Shown: positions 19,001-28,614, counted from the first letter of the stretch. The stretch is DNA of 64,000 nucleotides from Candidatus Latescibacterota bacterium (GCA_965248435.1 OZ252100.1:3296001-3360000); one strand, 5' to 3'. Made by a program: numbers and translations. Notes: generated by a model not told the origin, from the sequence alone.

Positions 19001-20648
19001 CGAAATTGCCATGATCCGTCACTCTGTCCCCGGTGTGACGCTCATCTCTCCACCCCCGCACCATGATATCTATAGCATAGAGGACATTGCCCAGCTTATT
19101 TATGATTTGAAACACGTGAATCCACGCGCCAAGGTGTGCGTAAAGCTCGTCGCTTCATCGGGGATAGGCACGATCGCTGCGGGCGTGACAAAGGGATACG
19201 CTGATGTCATTCACATCAGCGGCTACGATGGTGGAACCGGTGCATCACCTATCAGCTCGATCAAGCACTCAGGATCTCCCTGGGAACTTGGTCTTTCTGA
19301 GGTGCAACAGACGCTCGTCCAAAACGATCTAAGGGGCCGCGTGACGATACGCGTGGACGGAGGCTTCAAGGTGGGGCGAGATGTGATCATCGCGGCTATC
19401 CTGGGCGCAGAAGAGTACGGATTCGGGACTTCGGCACTCGTGGCGGAAGGATGTGTGATGGCACGGCAGTGCCACCTCAATACGTGTCCCGTGGGGGTGG
19501 CCACGCAGAAACCGGAGCTACGGGACCGATTTGAAGGAACACCCGAGAGGGTGATATCGTTCCTCACGAATCTCGCACAGGAAGTGAGAGAGCTTCTCTC
19601 GATGCTTGGCTACAGGAGCCTTGATGAGATCATCGGTAGGCAGGGCTTATTGGCGCCGAAGATCGATTCCAACAACCCGAGGCTGCATTCCGTCGACCTC
19701 AGCCGCATCCTGATGGATCCCGATCCAAAAGGCACGAGGCCGCGCTTCCACACGAAAGAACGAAACGACCGCCCTGATGCTCCTCTGGATGACCTGATGC
19801 TTCAGGATGCAAGGGATGCGATTTCCAAGAATACATCCATCTCCCTGAGCTACGACATAAAGAACACTCACCGTGCTGTCGGGGCCAAACTCGCCGGGGA
19901 GATCGCTTACCACTATGGGGATTCAGGGCTTGATGGAACAATCGAATGCCGGCTCAAGGGAAGTGCCGGACAGAGCTTCGGCGCCTTCTGCATCCGCGGT
20001 TTGAAGCTGATTCTTACCGGAGAGGCAAATGATTACGTTGGGAAGGGTATGAACGGGGGTGACCTCGCCGTGATGCCCGCCGGTCAAGCGCGTTTCGAGA
20101 GCCACAAGAATACGATTGTGGGCAACACCGTCATGTATGGTGCGACCGGCGGGACGCTTTACGCCGCGGGTCAAGCCGGCGAACGATTCTGCGTGAGAAA
20201 CAGCGGGGGCAACGCCGTTGTGGAAGGCGTGGGTGACCACGGGTGTGAGTATATGACTGGAGGCACGGTGGTTGTTCTGGGAAGCACGGGGAGAAACTTC
20301 GGAGCAGGTATGACGGGCGGAACGGCTTTTGTGCTGGATGAAGAGGGTGCTTTCGAGATGCGCTTTAACCCCCAGTTGGTCGGCATCGTGCGAGTGAGAG
20401 AGGAAGATGACATCAAGCAGCTCCAGAAGATGATCGGCCACCATCTCGAGCTGACCAACAGCCGTCGGGCAAGCGAGATCCTTAATCGCTGGGAGCACTT
20501 TTTGCCCCTGTTCTACAAAGTCGCGCCACATCCCCCCGAGGCTGAAGATGAACTCGTCATCCCGGAACGCTATCAGGAGATCCATCGCAAAGGTAAATTC
20601 CCAACGCAGGCGCTCAGAAATCTTTTGAGCAAAGCGCCGACTTCGTGA
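16074..20648 (+). CDS. gltB: Glutamate synthase large subunit (no adjacent gltD; possibly ferredoxin-dependent)
   Basis: EHDACGVG N-terminal Cys, HQRYSTNT, AHNGEINT, EPWDGPA, KPGEGGQLPG, CVMARQCHLNTCP, GXGXG C-terminal domain. Confidence 0.97.
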   Translation: MQQRCNSRKGLYHPEFEHDACGVGFIADITGHRSYEIVRKAVQAVANLTHRGAVDADAKTGDGAGILTQIPRKLFSREVERLGHRALEGEDLAVGMIFLPRLDAAANNRCRVTIEEAVDHYDLTFFGWRQVPVEVSVLGDTAAELLPDIQQVLIGRPGSMSEVEFERSLYLVRKQIERSVYRHGIRGCYICSLSNRTIIYKGMMVAPQLSRFYKDLKNPDFESALAIFHQRYSTNTMPNWFLAQPFRFLAHNGEINTLKGNVNWIRAREPELKSKMWGQQISRLRPIIDPLVASDSARMDNAFESLVLSGRDPMHVTMMLIPEAYQNMPNMDEDLRAFYEFHDCLMEPWDGPAAVAFSDGSVVGAALDRNGLRPARYKVTDDGLVIMGSEVGLLEVDDRRIVKKGRLGPGQMIAVDTRRGVLLDNQEIKSQIARRRPFGQWIRENLIRFERGRCSVEPTPDASVEDSNLKQRQKAFGYTADEMDYVLVPMANDAKEPVGSMGDDTPLAFLSRKPKPLFNYFTQLFAQVTNPPIDPLREALVMSLDLLLGYRRNLLEESEKQARLIRLRSPILLNSELNHLRSMIVPEFASETLPTLFNPEEGAEGLRRALDWVCARAVQAVEGGRSLLILSDRGVGPSRAPIPMLLAVGAVHYHLIRERKRMQASLIVESGEPREVHHFAALIGYGASAVNPYLAYETLNELVGEGELEDEVVFPKALANYRKALEAGLLKIMSKMGISTLSSYHGAQIFESIGLHQDLIDRYFTGTHSQVGGIGLEEIAADVLELHAQAFGPDKKPALQDMGIYRFRRGGEYHALNPLIFKAIHKVAKSGAYEDYREYARLVGSRPPSALRDLMALERGSSIPLDEVEPVEAICRRFTTAAMSHGALSREAHETLAIAMNRMGGKSNSGEGGEDPDRYHRLPNGDWPNSAIKQVASGRFGVTPQYLVSARELEIKMAQGSKPGEGGQLPGHKVSAEIAMIRHSVPGVTLISPPPHHDIYSIEDIAQLIYDLKHVNPRAKVCVKLVASSGIGTIAAGVTKGYADVIHISGYDGGTGASPISSIKHSGSPWELGLSEVQQTLVQNDLRGRVTIRVDGGFKVGRDVIIAAILGAEEYGFGTSALVAEGCVMARQCHLNTCPVGVATQKPELRDRFEGTPERVISFLTNLAQEVRELLSMLGYRSLDEIIGRQGLLAPKIDSNNPRLHSVDLSRILMDPDPKGTRPRFHTKERNDRPDAPLDDLMLQDARDAISKNTSISLSYDIKNTHRAVGAKLAGEIAYHYGDSGLDGTIECRLKGSAGQSFGAFCIRGLKLILTGEANDYVGKGMNGGDLAVMPAGQARFESHKNTIVGNTVMYGATGGTLYAAGQAGERFCVRNSGGNAVVEGVGDHGCEYMTGGTVVVLGSTGRNFGAGMTGGTAFVLDEEGAFEMRFNPQLVGIVRVREEDDIKQLQKMIGHHLELTNSRRASEILNRWEHFLPLFYKVAPHPPEAEDELVIPERYQEIHRKGKFPTQALRNLLSKAPTS

Positions 20649-20685
20649 TAAAAACCGCTCGCAACCATTCCGATGCTGTTAATGG

Positions 20686-20712
20686 ACCCGGCTGCTCGCC
20701 GGGTTTTTTTTT
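20686..20712 (+). terminator. Intrinsic terminator after gltB
   Basis: acccggc/gccgggt stem followed by a long T run. Confidence 0.85.
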
Positions 20713-20763
20713 CGTTCACCAGACTATTTGACAGGCGCAACGTTTAAGATCGAGGAGAACTCC

Positions 20764-22053
20764 GTGGCCACAGATTTAGCCAATCACATCCGTGAAACCC
20801 GACTTAGTGACACCCACGAACACCTTTTGGAGGAACAGGAGTGGATCGAGCAGGGGCCTGACGTGCTACAGGACCTGTTTGGAAACTACGTGACAGGAGA
20901 CCTGATCAGCGCGGGCGCGTCTCCTGAGGCTGTGAAACGCCTGATGGATGCGACAGACCCCGATCTTGCCGGACGCTTCGACGGCATCAGGCCGGCCTGG
21001 GAGGCAACCCGGCTTACCGGTTATGGAGAGGCCGTCCGACTGATCGCCTCTGAGATCTACGAGCTGCCAGAGATCACCCCGGAATGTCTCTCCTTGGGAC
21101 AGGAAAAACTCCTCAAGTTGAGGACCCCCGGCGAACGCTACCGCCTCCTTCACGATCGCGCGATGCTGGACCACGTCCAGATAGATGACAAGCGTTGGGC
21201 GTGCGTGCCTGACGCGTCCGGGCCAGAATTCTTCCTGTATGACATCTCCTGGAAGTTTTTCTGCATTGGAAGAATCGAATTCGATCTCCTTGCGGAGGAA
21301 TCAGGAGTCGAGGTCAAGGACCTGAAGAGTCTGGGTCGAGCCATGGAGATCTTATTCGAGAAGAACGCGGCCTGTGCGATTGCCGTCAAGGCCCAGCACG
21401 CCTATCAGCGGACTCTAAAATGGGTTGAACGGGCCGATTCGGATGCGGAGCGGGCCCTTCAGTCTAGTCTGATTTCGGACGAATCGCTTTCTGAAGCGGA
21501 CCGCCTTTGTTTGGGGGACTGGTGCTGGGCGAAGGGTATTGAACTGGCAATCGAATACGACCTTCCCTTTAAGATCCATACCGGCTATTACGCGGGCAAC
21601 GGGCGCATGCCAGTAGACCGGATTTCTTCCGGAAACTTGCATCCCATTCTATCTCGATATCCAGATGCCCGATTCGTATTGATGCATATCGCCTATCCTT
21701 ACTGCGACGAACTCGTTGCAATGGCCAAACACTACTCGAATGTGTGGGTGGACCTATGCTGGGCGTGGTCGATAGACCCCTACAGCAGCAGCGATTTTGT
21801 TAGACGATTCATCCACGCGGTTCCCATCACAAAGCTCTTTGCTTTTGGCGGGGACACCATGTGGCCCACGAGCGCTGCAGCGTACGCCATTCAGGCTCGC
21901 ACGTGGATGACCCGCACACTCGAACGCGAGGTGGCCAGCGGCGACTTGAGCGAGGCTCAAGCTATCCACGTCGCGAACCGGTTAATGCTAGAAAACCAGG
22001 CAGATTGTTTTGACCTGGATGGCACACGGAGGGCGATTCAAAGAGCCGTGTGA
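20764..22053 (+). CDS. Amidohydrolase family protein (uronate-isomerase-like)
   Basis: SDTHEH, KIHTG, FVLMHIAYP, VDLCWAW, FGGD; GAGGAG RBS before GTG 20764. Confidence 0.8.
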   Translation: MATDLANHIRETRLSDTHEHLLEEQEWIEQGPDVLQDLFGNYVTGDLISAGASPEAVKRLMDATDPDLAGRFDGIRPAWEATRLTGYGEAVRLIASEIYELPEITPECLSLGQEKLLKLRTPGERYRLLHDRAMLDHVQIDDKRWACVPDASGPEFFLYDISWKFFCIGRIEFDLLAEESGVEVKDLKSLGRAMEILFEKNAACAIAVKAQHAYQRTLKWVERADSDAERALQSSLISDESLSEADRLCLGDWCWAKGIELAIEYDLPFKIHTGYYAGNGRMPVDRISSGNLHPILSRYPDARFVLMHIAYPYCDELVAMAKHYSNVWVDLCWAWSIDPYSSSDFVRRFIHAVPITKLFAFGGDTMWPTSAAAYAIQARTWMTRTLEREVASGDLSEAQAIHVANRLMLENQADCFDLDGTRRAIQRAV

Positions 22054-22104
22054 TCATCTTGAATCATCTCAAAGTAGGTCACAAAAAGAAAAGTACTCCC
22101 CGGA

Positions 22105-22134
22105 CTCCCTCGGTTTATCCGATAGGGAGTTTTT
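22105..22134 (+). terminator. Possible terminator after amidohydrolase
   Basis: actccct...agggagt stem followed by T tract. Confidence 0.5.
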
Positions 22135-22172
22135 CCGCATCCAAACAATCCGATATCCTATATTTTCGCTAT

Positions 22173-23015
22173 ATGCCTTTTCGAACCGGTGTTAGATCCA
22201 TATTGGGGGAGGATCGACGTCCCGCACGCTTGAGGGATGGCGGTCATCGTGGACTTTGTGGGTTCGTGTGCGGGCTCGTGTTTTCCCTGTTGTCGAACTC
22301 CGTCATTTTTGCGGAAGAGGCACAACAGGATTCGACTTCGCTTGCCGCGGATTCGGTTGTCGTCATTGAGACATTCGACTACCCGGAGCAGATCGGACAG
22401 TTTCCTGACACCTGGGAAGGCAGATCGGGATGGAGGCGGGTGAGGAAGGGGCTCTATTACACGATCCGGGAGGAGGATGGCAACACATTTCTTCACGCTG
22501 AAACTACTGGAAAGGCGATTAACGCCGGCACGCCAGCGGATGTCAACCTGCGTATCTACAGCCGCCTGCGGTGGCGCTGGCGGGTCACGAGCCTGCCTAT
22601 TGGGGGAAACGAAGAGATAGAAGAAAAGAATGACAGTGGAGCATGTGTTCGGCTCGTTTTCATCGGAGGGATCATTCCGAAAACGCTCAAATACGTATGG
22701 AGTGCTTCACTTCCGGTTGGAACGGAGACCGCCAGTCCGACCAACGACCGAACTCGTGTGATCGTGCTGAAAAGAGGTATGCGGAATGCGGGAAAGTGGG
22801 TCTGGGAGGAAGTAAACGCCTATGAGGATTACAAGCGTGTGTTCGGTGGTGAACCGCGTCCGGTCAAGTTACTTGCTGTAATAACAGATTCCGATAACAC
22901 AAACACGTACGTCGAAGCCGACTATGACGATTTCCTATTTCTTAAATCACCTCAACGAGCTCCGACCGTGGAACGGGAGGAGACGCATCAGGATTCTCTG
23001 GAGACTCTACCATGA
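22173..23015 (+). CDS. DUF3047-like exported protein
   Basis: LRWRWRV, NDSGA, LKYVWS, WVWEEVN..EDYK..FG, TDSDNT motifs; hydrophobic signal-like stretch; start uncertain. Confidence 0.75.
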   Translation: MPFRTGVRSILGEDRRPARLRDGGHRGLCGFVCGLVFSLLSNSVIFAEEAQQDSTSLAADSVVVIETFDYPEQIGQFPDTWEGRSGWRRVRKGLYYTIREEDGNTFLHAETTGKAINAGTPADVNLRIYSRLRWRWRVTSLPIGGNEEIEEKNDSGACVRLVFIGGIIPKTLKYVWSASLPVGTETASPTNDRTRVIVLKRGMRNAGKWVWEEVNAYEDYKRVFGGEPRPVKLLAVITDSDNTNTYVEADYDDFLFLKSPQRAPTVEREETHQDSLETLP

Positions 23016-24256
23016 GCACAAATTCGACACAACGCTGCGTTCGCGACACAGGCATTCTCAGAAGATGGCCGAAAAAAGGAACCCGGGACAAGATTGTCCA
23101 AGCTTTGGGGCTCGTCCCCTGGGTCCTTGGGATGGGTCTGACTCTTCTCTCCACGGAACTGGACGCTCAAAACGTCTCTGTTACGGACTACAGCGTGCCA
23201 ATCAGCCGTGCAGACAATCTGAGAATCGATGTTCTCAGTCTCAACTACGTCACTGAGGGAGAGGACGCCGTGGTGCAAAACGGAAACCTTGGCGTTGTTT
23301 ACAAAAAATTCTACGATTCCCTGCCGTTCGCCTATTCGGTGGACCTGATTACGACCGCATCATTCAACAAAGATGCATCGGATGAGCTGGCCGGAGATCT
23401 AGCAACTAATCTCGTAACCCGCCTCAAGCGTTACACGCCCCCACAAGGGAATATATTCATGTTTGGAGATACCGATTTCGATTTGGAGGATAGCTTCGAC
23501 CGCCCGGCTGTCGACATGACACTGGGAATCGGATACGGCCGCTTTATCAATGCAACAGCGCTTCGTAAGGCGGTTCGTATCGAAGAGATGTTCCTTGATG
23601 AAGGGATCATCTCGGAGCGTCTGCCAAAGGAACCGATGATCGAACTGGGGCACCTCATCGAAAGAGAACAGGAATACAAGGACCTGTATAGTGATCGCTA
23701 TCTGAACTACTGGTTCGAAGATATGACGAACGAGATTACGAAGTCAGGACTCGTGCTGGGCGATGTGGGTTTTGGTATTCTCAGGATGCAGGAGGTGCTC
23801 TTCCAGGAACGGATCAATGATCGGTTTTATGGGTGGGAGGCCACCGCAGGAATTCAGTTCGAGGTCCTGACGCCAGAAGTGGGTCAGGGCAGGAGGGATC
23901 CATCTTTTTCAGCCGGCTTTCGGTATTCTCGGCCCATCAGCTGGAGCACTCAGATAAATGCGCGTTTTGATGTCACGACGCCCTTTACGGGGGACTTCGG
24001 CCAGGTATACAATATCATTCAGACAACCGACGTTGTGTACGAGTTCACGAACAAGATCAGTTTCGCGGCCGCACATAGATTCCGTGCAGACAAACAGCGG
24101 GGCACCGACGCTATGTTGAGCACAAACATTTCCTTCGCGTTGAACTTCTTCCTGGAAAATAAGGTCAATCTTACTGCCTCCGAACAGATTGCCACCGTTG
24201 AAGGCGAGCCGTTCAGGCAGAGCTTCAACTTCGGCCTGAGTTTCAGAATTTTCTAG
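23012..24256 (+). CDS. Hypothetical exported protein, probable outer-membrane beta-barrel
   Basis: Signal-like N-terminus, alternating amphipathic strands, C-terminal FNFGLSFRIF (terminal Phe); ATGA overlap with upstream gene. Confidence 0.6.
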   Translation: MSTNSTQRCVRDTGILRRWPKKGTRDKIVQALGLVPWVLGMGLTLLSTELDAQNVSVTDYSVPISRADNLRIDVLSLNYVTEGEDAVVQNGNLGVVYKKFYDSLPFAYSVDLITTASFNKDASDELAGDLATNLVTRLKRYTPPQGNIFMFGDTDFDLEDSFDRPAVDMTLGIGYGRFINATALRKAVRIEEMFLDEGIISERLPKEPMIELGHLIEREQEYKDLYSDRYLNYWFEDMTNEITKSGLVLGDVGFGILRMQEVLFQERINDRFYGWEATAGIQFEVLTPEVGQGRRDPSFSAGFRYSRPISWSTQINARFDVTTPFTGDFGQVYNIIQTTDVVYEFTNKISFAAAHRFRADKQRGTDAMLSTNISFALNFFLENKVNLTASEQIATVEGEPFRQSFNFGLSFRIF

Positions 24257-24342
24257 AGTTTATCCTCAGCGCCTAATAGCCACGGCATTCAATCCTACAG
24301 AGCCTCTGTTATAGCCGCCAGTCTACTCTCGCGACACCCTCC

Positions 24343-26181
24343 CTATCCAGCCATCTCGCTAACTGCTGCCACGATATGATCCGCGTCGATTTTGTACCGG
24401 GCCAGAAGCTCTTCAGGTTTGCCCGACCGGGGAAGGTCTCTCACGGCGAGGAGCCTGAGATGAGCCCCCGTTCCCATCAGCGCTGATTGCACGGCCTCTC
24501 CTATGCCCCCCTCCGGATAATGGTCTTCTACTGTGATGACTTTGCCAGCGGTCTCTTGAGCGGACTCTCGCACGGCCTCCTCGTCGACCGGTTTCACGGA
24601 GAAGAGGTCGATGATCCGGATATTCACTCCATCTGATCGCAACGAATCGTATGCCTTCAATGCTTCGAACAACGTCACTCCTGCTGCGACTACGGTTACG
24701 ACATCCGTATCGCTTGAACGGAGGACCTTTGCTTTGCCGATTTCGAACTCTACATCGTTGGAATATAGGACCGGTGTATTCGGCCTGGAGGTCCGAATAA
24801 AGAACATACCGTGATTCTCCGCGGCCAACTTGACCGAGGCTTCCGCAGAGACGGCATCCGAAGGGTAGAGAACAGTACAGCCTGGAATCGTCCTCATGCA
24901 CGCGAGGTCTTCCAGTCCCATTTGCGAGGGGCCATCCTGACCGATCGAGATTCCGGCGTGTGACCCTGCCATTTTTAGATTGGCCATAGAGATGGCTGCC
25001 ATCCTGATCTGATCGTACGCTCGCGCGAAAAAGGCCGCGAAGGTCGAGACAAACGGGATCTTGCCTCGCGTACCGAGGCCGACACCCACGCCGACAAGAT
25101 TTTGCTCTGCAATAAAGCACTCGAAGAAGCGCTCTGGGTGGGCCTTGAGGAAGGCGTCGGAATAAGTCGAGTTCTTGGTGTCCCCATCCAGGGCAACCAC
25201 GCGCGGGTCTACCTCCCCCAGCCGGGCCAAAGCGTTGCCGTAGGCACTTCGTGTGGCGACCATCTGACCGATTTCGTATTGCGGGGGGGACAGCTTGCCG
25301 ATCTTGGGTGGAGACATCCCGTTCGGCTCGACCTTATTCACGGAAAGTCGAACGTCCGGACTCAGGTTGAGCTCAGATAGGGCACGCTCCAAGTCTTCGG
25401 CGCTTTCCAGCGGCTTACCGTGCAATCCATCCCTGTCCTCCAGAGAAGAAACGCCTTTACCTTTCATCGTTTTGACGACAATGGCCGTAGGTCTATCCTT
25501 GGTGCGAGCCGCTGTTTCGTAGGCACTCAGAATCTGTTCGAAATCGTGGCCGTCGATCGAGAGCGCGTTCCAGCCAAAAGCCTCGAAGCGCTGCACGTAT
25601 GGACCGATGTCGTGGCCGAACATCGTGGCCTGGCTTTGCCCCAGCCGGTTCACATCCACGATGGCACACAGGTTGTTCAGCTTGTAGTGACTTGCGAAAG
25701 CGGCAGCCTCCCAGACCGCCCCTTCAGCGACCTCACCATCACCCAGGAGGACGTAGACGCGATAGTCGAGTCGGTCCAGGTATTTTCCATTCAGCGCGAT
25801 CCCCGCTCCAGCAGACAGTCCCTGTCCGAGGGACCCCGTTGCCACGTCTACGAATGGAATCCTCGGGGTTGGATGCCCTTCCAGGTCGGAATCGATCCGG
25901 CGCAGGTTGAGAAGGTCCTCGGCAGGGAAGGCCCCGGCTTCACTCCAGGCCGCGTAAAGCAAAGGCGCAGCGTGCCCCTTTGAGAGGACAAAGCGGTCAT
26001 TGTTCGGGAGCTCCGGTCGCTTGGGGTCAAAGCGCATTACTCCAAAGAACAGGGCCGCAACCAGATCCGCCGCCGACAGACAAGATGTGGGATGACCGGA
26101 ACCGGCCTTAAACGTAGATCGAATACTATGAGCTCGAAGACGGTTGGCCATTGCCTGAAGGTTTTCTACCTTGCTGTTCAC
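24343..26181 (-). CDS. tkt: Transketolase (single-chain, animal-TKT-like subtype)
   Basis: SGHPTSC, LSKGHAAP, GSLGQG, LGDGE..EG, IAEQ, GQDGPSQM; GAGGAGG RBS before GTG 26181. Confidence 0.93.
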   Translation of the reverse strand: MNSKVENLQAMANRLRAHSIRSTFKAGSGHPTSCLSAADLVAALFFGVMRFDPKRPELPNNDRFVLSKGHAAPLLYAAWSEAGAFPAEDLLNLRRIDSDLEGHPTPRIPFVDVATGSLGQGLSAGAGIALNGKYLDRLDYRVYVLLGDGEVAEGAVWEAAAFASHYKLNNLCAIVDVNRLGQSQATMFGHDIGPYVQRFEAFGWNALSIDGHDFEQILSAYETAARTKDRPTAIVVKTMKGKGVSSLEDRDGLHGKPLESAEDLERALSELNLSPDVRLSVNKVEPNGMSPPKIGKLSPPQYEIGQMVATRSAYGNALARLGEVDPRVVALDGDTKNSTYSDAFLKAHPERFFECFIAEQNLVGVGVGLGTRGKIPFVSTFAAFFARAYDQIRMAAISMANLKMAGSHAGISIGQDGPSQMGLEDLACMRTIPGCTVLYPSDAVSAEASVKLAAENHGMFFIRTSRPNTPVLYSNDVEFEIGKAKVLRSSDTDVVTVVAAGVTLFEALKAYDSLRSDGVNIRIIDLFSVKPVDEEAVRESAQETAGKVITVEDHYPEGGIGEAVQSALMGTGAHLRLLAVRDLPRSGKPEELLARYKIDADHIVAAVSEMAG

Positions 26182-26281
26182 AGATTCCTCCTCTGAAGTC
26201 AGGACCGGGTGGGAGGCCACTTGGAAGTCGCATCGATCCCCTAAAATAGTCTCCGTCTGCTCAAAAGACAAAGGAGAAAAT

Positions 26282-26400
26282 CCGGGTACCGGAAGACCGG
26301 GTACCGGGAAACCAAAACACGGGTACCGGGTACCGTCAATTGCGGATTGCGGATTGGAGATTACGGAAAGGCAGGATCACGGAAGTGCACGAAAGACAGG
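26282..26400 (+). repeat. Dispersed GGGTACCG-core intergenic repeat, copy A
   Basis: Four gggtaccg units, then ttgcggattgcggatt and cacgga/cacgaa units; similar to 32025-32097 and 63658-63850. Confidence 0.7.
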
Positions 26401-26436
26401 AATTCGAAATTGAATCGCCTCTACCGTAGCCCTGCT

Positions 26437-26466
26437 TGTCATTCCGAGCGCTAGCGAGGAATCTCA
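26437..26466 (+). repeat. REP/MITE-like element, left arm (interrupted by IS30)
   Basis: tgtcattccgagcgctagcgaggaatctc; matching right arm gaggtccctcgtcgc...gggatgaca at about 27581-27654. Confidence 0.55.
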
Positions 26467-26497
26467 GCAGGCAATGCAGCAGCCGCTAATTCAAGAA

Positions 26498-27552
26498 CCC
26501 GAGTTCAATAAGGAAGTGCAACACTTAGGGTAGCAACTGTCCTATCCTAAGTGTATGGGAAACAATTACAAGCATCTTACGATAGACGAACGCGAGCAGA
26601 TTGCGCTTTGTCGAGCCACTGGTGCAAGCCTTAGAGATATTGCCAAGGCCCTTGACCGGAGCGCCAGCACGATTTCAAGAGAGTTGAAACGTAATCCGTC
26701 CCCGATAGCTGAGAGTTACTCGGGCCTCCAGGCTCACAGAAGGGCTGAGAAACGTAAGCGGGAGGCCGGCAAGCGGAAACGGCTGAAGAATCCGGTTATC
26801 CGGCGATATGTCGAGACCAAACTCAAGCAAGGATGGTCTCCCGAGTTGATCGCTGGGAGGCTTCCCGAGGAGCGTCCGAGCGCGGGTATCAGCCACGAAG
26901 CCATCTACCAGTATATCTACGATCCAAAGGTGCACAAGCAGCGGGATCTGGTTGCTTGCTTATCCCGAGCTCACAAAAAACGAAAGCCGCGGTGGCATAC
27001 CCGAAAACACCGGGAAAGCCACATTCCAGGCCGTATTTCGATCGATCGACGTCCCCGTTACATCGAAAAACGGAAACAACCTGGCCACTGGGAATCCGAC
27101 ACCATCATCTCTCGTGAGAGCAAACAGGCCGTTGGCGCTTGTCTTGAGCGATCGTCGAGATACCTACACCTGGCTAAGCTGGCAAAGAACGGACCCTCGG
27201 AGGTCGCCGAAGCGATTAATCGACGCCTTGGGCGACATCCTCCCCACATGAGGAAGAGCATCACATATGACAACGGATCCGAAAACGGCCAACATCAACG
27301 GGTCAACGAGGTGCTTGGCACCAAATCCTATTTCTGCAAACCGTTCCACAGCTGGGAGCGAGGCGCTGTGGAAAACGCTATCGGTCTGGTCCGCAGATAC
27401 CTCCCCAAGAAGACAGACTTCTCAAAGGTCAGCAAACACGAGTTAAAGAAAATTCAGAACCGGATCAACAACCGACCAAGAAAATGTCTTAACTTCAAAA
27501 CACCAGCTGAAGTCTTCAAGTCCAAGTGTTGCACTTAGTCATTGAATCCAGC
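26498..27552 (+). mobile_element. Complete IS30-family insertion sequence (1055 bp)
   Basis: Imperfect terminal inverted repeats sharing ttcaat..aagtgcaacactt; flanked by 3-bp direct repeat GAA (26495-26497 and 27553-27555). Confidence 0.9.
26555..27538 (+). CDS. IS30-family transposase
   Basis: N-terminal HTH (STISRELKRN), WSPELI, GHWESD, ITYDNGSE, SWERGAVEN, INNRPRKCL. Confidence 0.95.
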   Translation: MGNNYKHLTIDEREQIALCRATGASLRDIAKALDRSASTISRELKRNPSPIAESYSGLQAHRRAEKRKREAGKRKRLKNPVIRRYVETKLKQGWSPELIAGRLPEERPSAGISHEAIYQYIYDPKVHKQRDLVACLSRAHKKRKPRWHTRKHRESHIPGRISIDRRPRYIEKRKQPGHWESDTIISRESKQAVGACLERSSRYLHLAKLAKNGPSEVAEAINRRLGRHPPHMRKSITYDNGSENGQHQRVNEVLGTKSYFCKPFHSWERGAVENAIGLVRRYLPKKTDFSKVSKHELKKIQNRINNRPRKCLNFKTPAEVFKSKCCT

Positions 27553-27810
27553 GAAATGATTCAGCGACTAGCGCGCCCTTGAGGTCCCTCGTCGCCCGGT
27601 TACTCTGAGGTTCTGAAGCCATCTCAAGGATCTGAAAGGCTCCACGGGATGACAATCTGGCTGTTCATCTGGTGTGGTATCGTCGATTGATCAATCCGAA
27701 ATCCCAAATCTGCAACTGGAAGGCAGTGTAGAATTCCCTTGAATGACTTTGAGTTCACACTGTATCATGTCAATGTTGCGTCTCACCAGATTGAATGAGG
27801 AAAGGATCGC

Positions 27811-28578
27811 ATGTCTACTTCCCTGGCAGTTCAGATGTTTACGGTGCGGGAGTACATGAAGACCGCACCGGACGCGGTCCGAACCTTCCGGAAGTTGAAG
27901 TCTCAGGGCTGGGAAGCTGTGCAGACGAACCCGCCAGGTTTTTTCGAACCTGAGGCGCTCAAGAGGGTCCTGGCGGACGAAGGGCTCATCCCGTGTGGGA
28001 CACACACAGGTTTCGAACGGGTGCGGGATGAGACGGAGGCGGTGATCGACGAACAGCTGCTTTGGCAGTGCAAATACGTTACGATAAGCTCCATGCCCGT
28101 GGAATACAGCAGCAAAGGCGCTGAGGGATTTCAACGATTTGCCCGGGAGGCCTCAGAAATCGCCCACAGGCTTGAGGACCAGGGCCTGACGCTGTGCTAC
28201 CACAACCACAGCTTTGAATTCGAGCGGTTCGGGGCGAAGCGCGGGCTGGAGATTCTGTTCGAAGAGAGTGGTCCGGACGGTTTACAGTTCGAGATAGACA
28301 CCTACTGGGTACAGCACGGGGGGTGTGACCCGGTCGCGTGGCTTCGAAAGGGGAAGGGTCGTGCCGATCTCGTTCATCTGAAAGACATGGCGATGAGGGG
28401 AAGCGAGCAGTTGTTCGCCGAAGTGGGCGAGGGCAACCTGGACTGGTCAGGGATACTGGACGCGTGCCGAGAGGCGGGAACGAAGTGGCACATCGTCGAG
28501 CAGGACAGGTGCCGGAGGGATCCGTTCGAAAGCCTGGAGATCAGTCTCATGAACCTTCACGCCTTGGGTCTCAAATGA
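27811..28578 (+). CDS. Sugar phosphate isomerase/epimerase (xylose-isomerase-like TIM barrel)
   Basis: YHNHSFEF, EIDTYWV, HLKD, VGEG.LDW, VEQD. Confidence 0.88.
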   Translation: MSTSLAVQMFTVREYMKTAPDAVRTFRKLKSQGWEAVQTNPPGFFEPEALKRVLADEGLIPCGTHTGFERVRDETEAVIDEQLLWQCKYVTISSMPVEYSSKGAEGFQRFAREASEIAHRLEDQGLTLCYHNHSFEFERFGAKRGLEILFEESGPDGLQFEIDTYWVQHGGCDPVAWLRKGKGRADLVHLKDMAMRGSEQLFAEVGEGNLDWSGILDACREAGTKWHIVEQDRCRRDPFESLEISLMNLHALGLK

Positions 28579-28614
28579 GCCCAGAGTCGAGAGTCAAGAT
28601 TAATGGGGAAGAGC

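Noticed and set aside
22050-22172. N-terminal 41 aa of the DUF3047 ORF
   Set aside because: Spans a terminator-like hairpin and AT-rich intergenic sequence; a later start is more likely.
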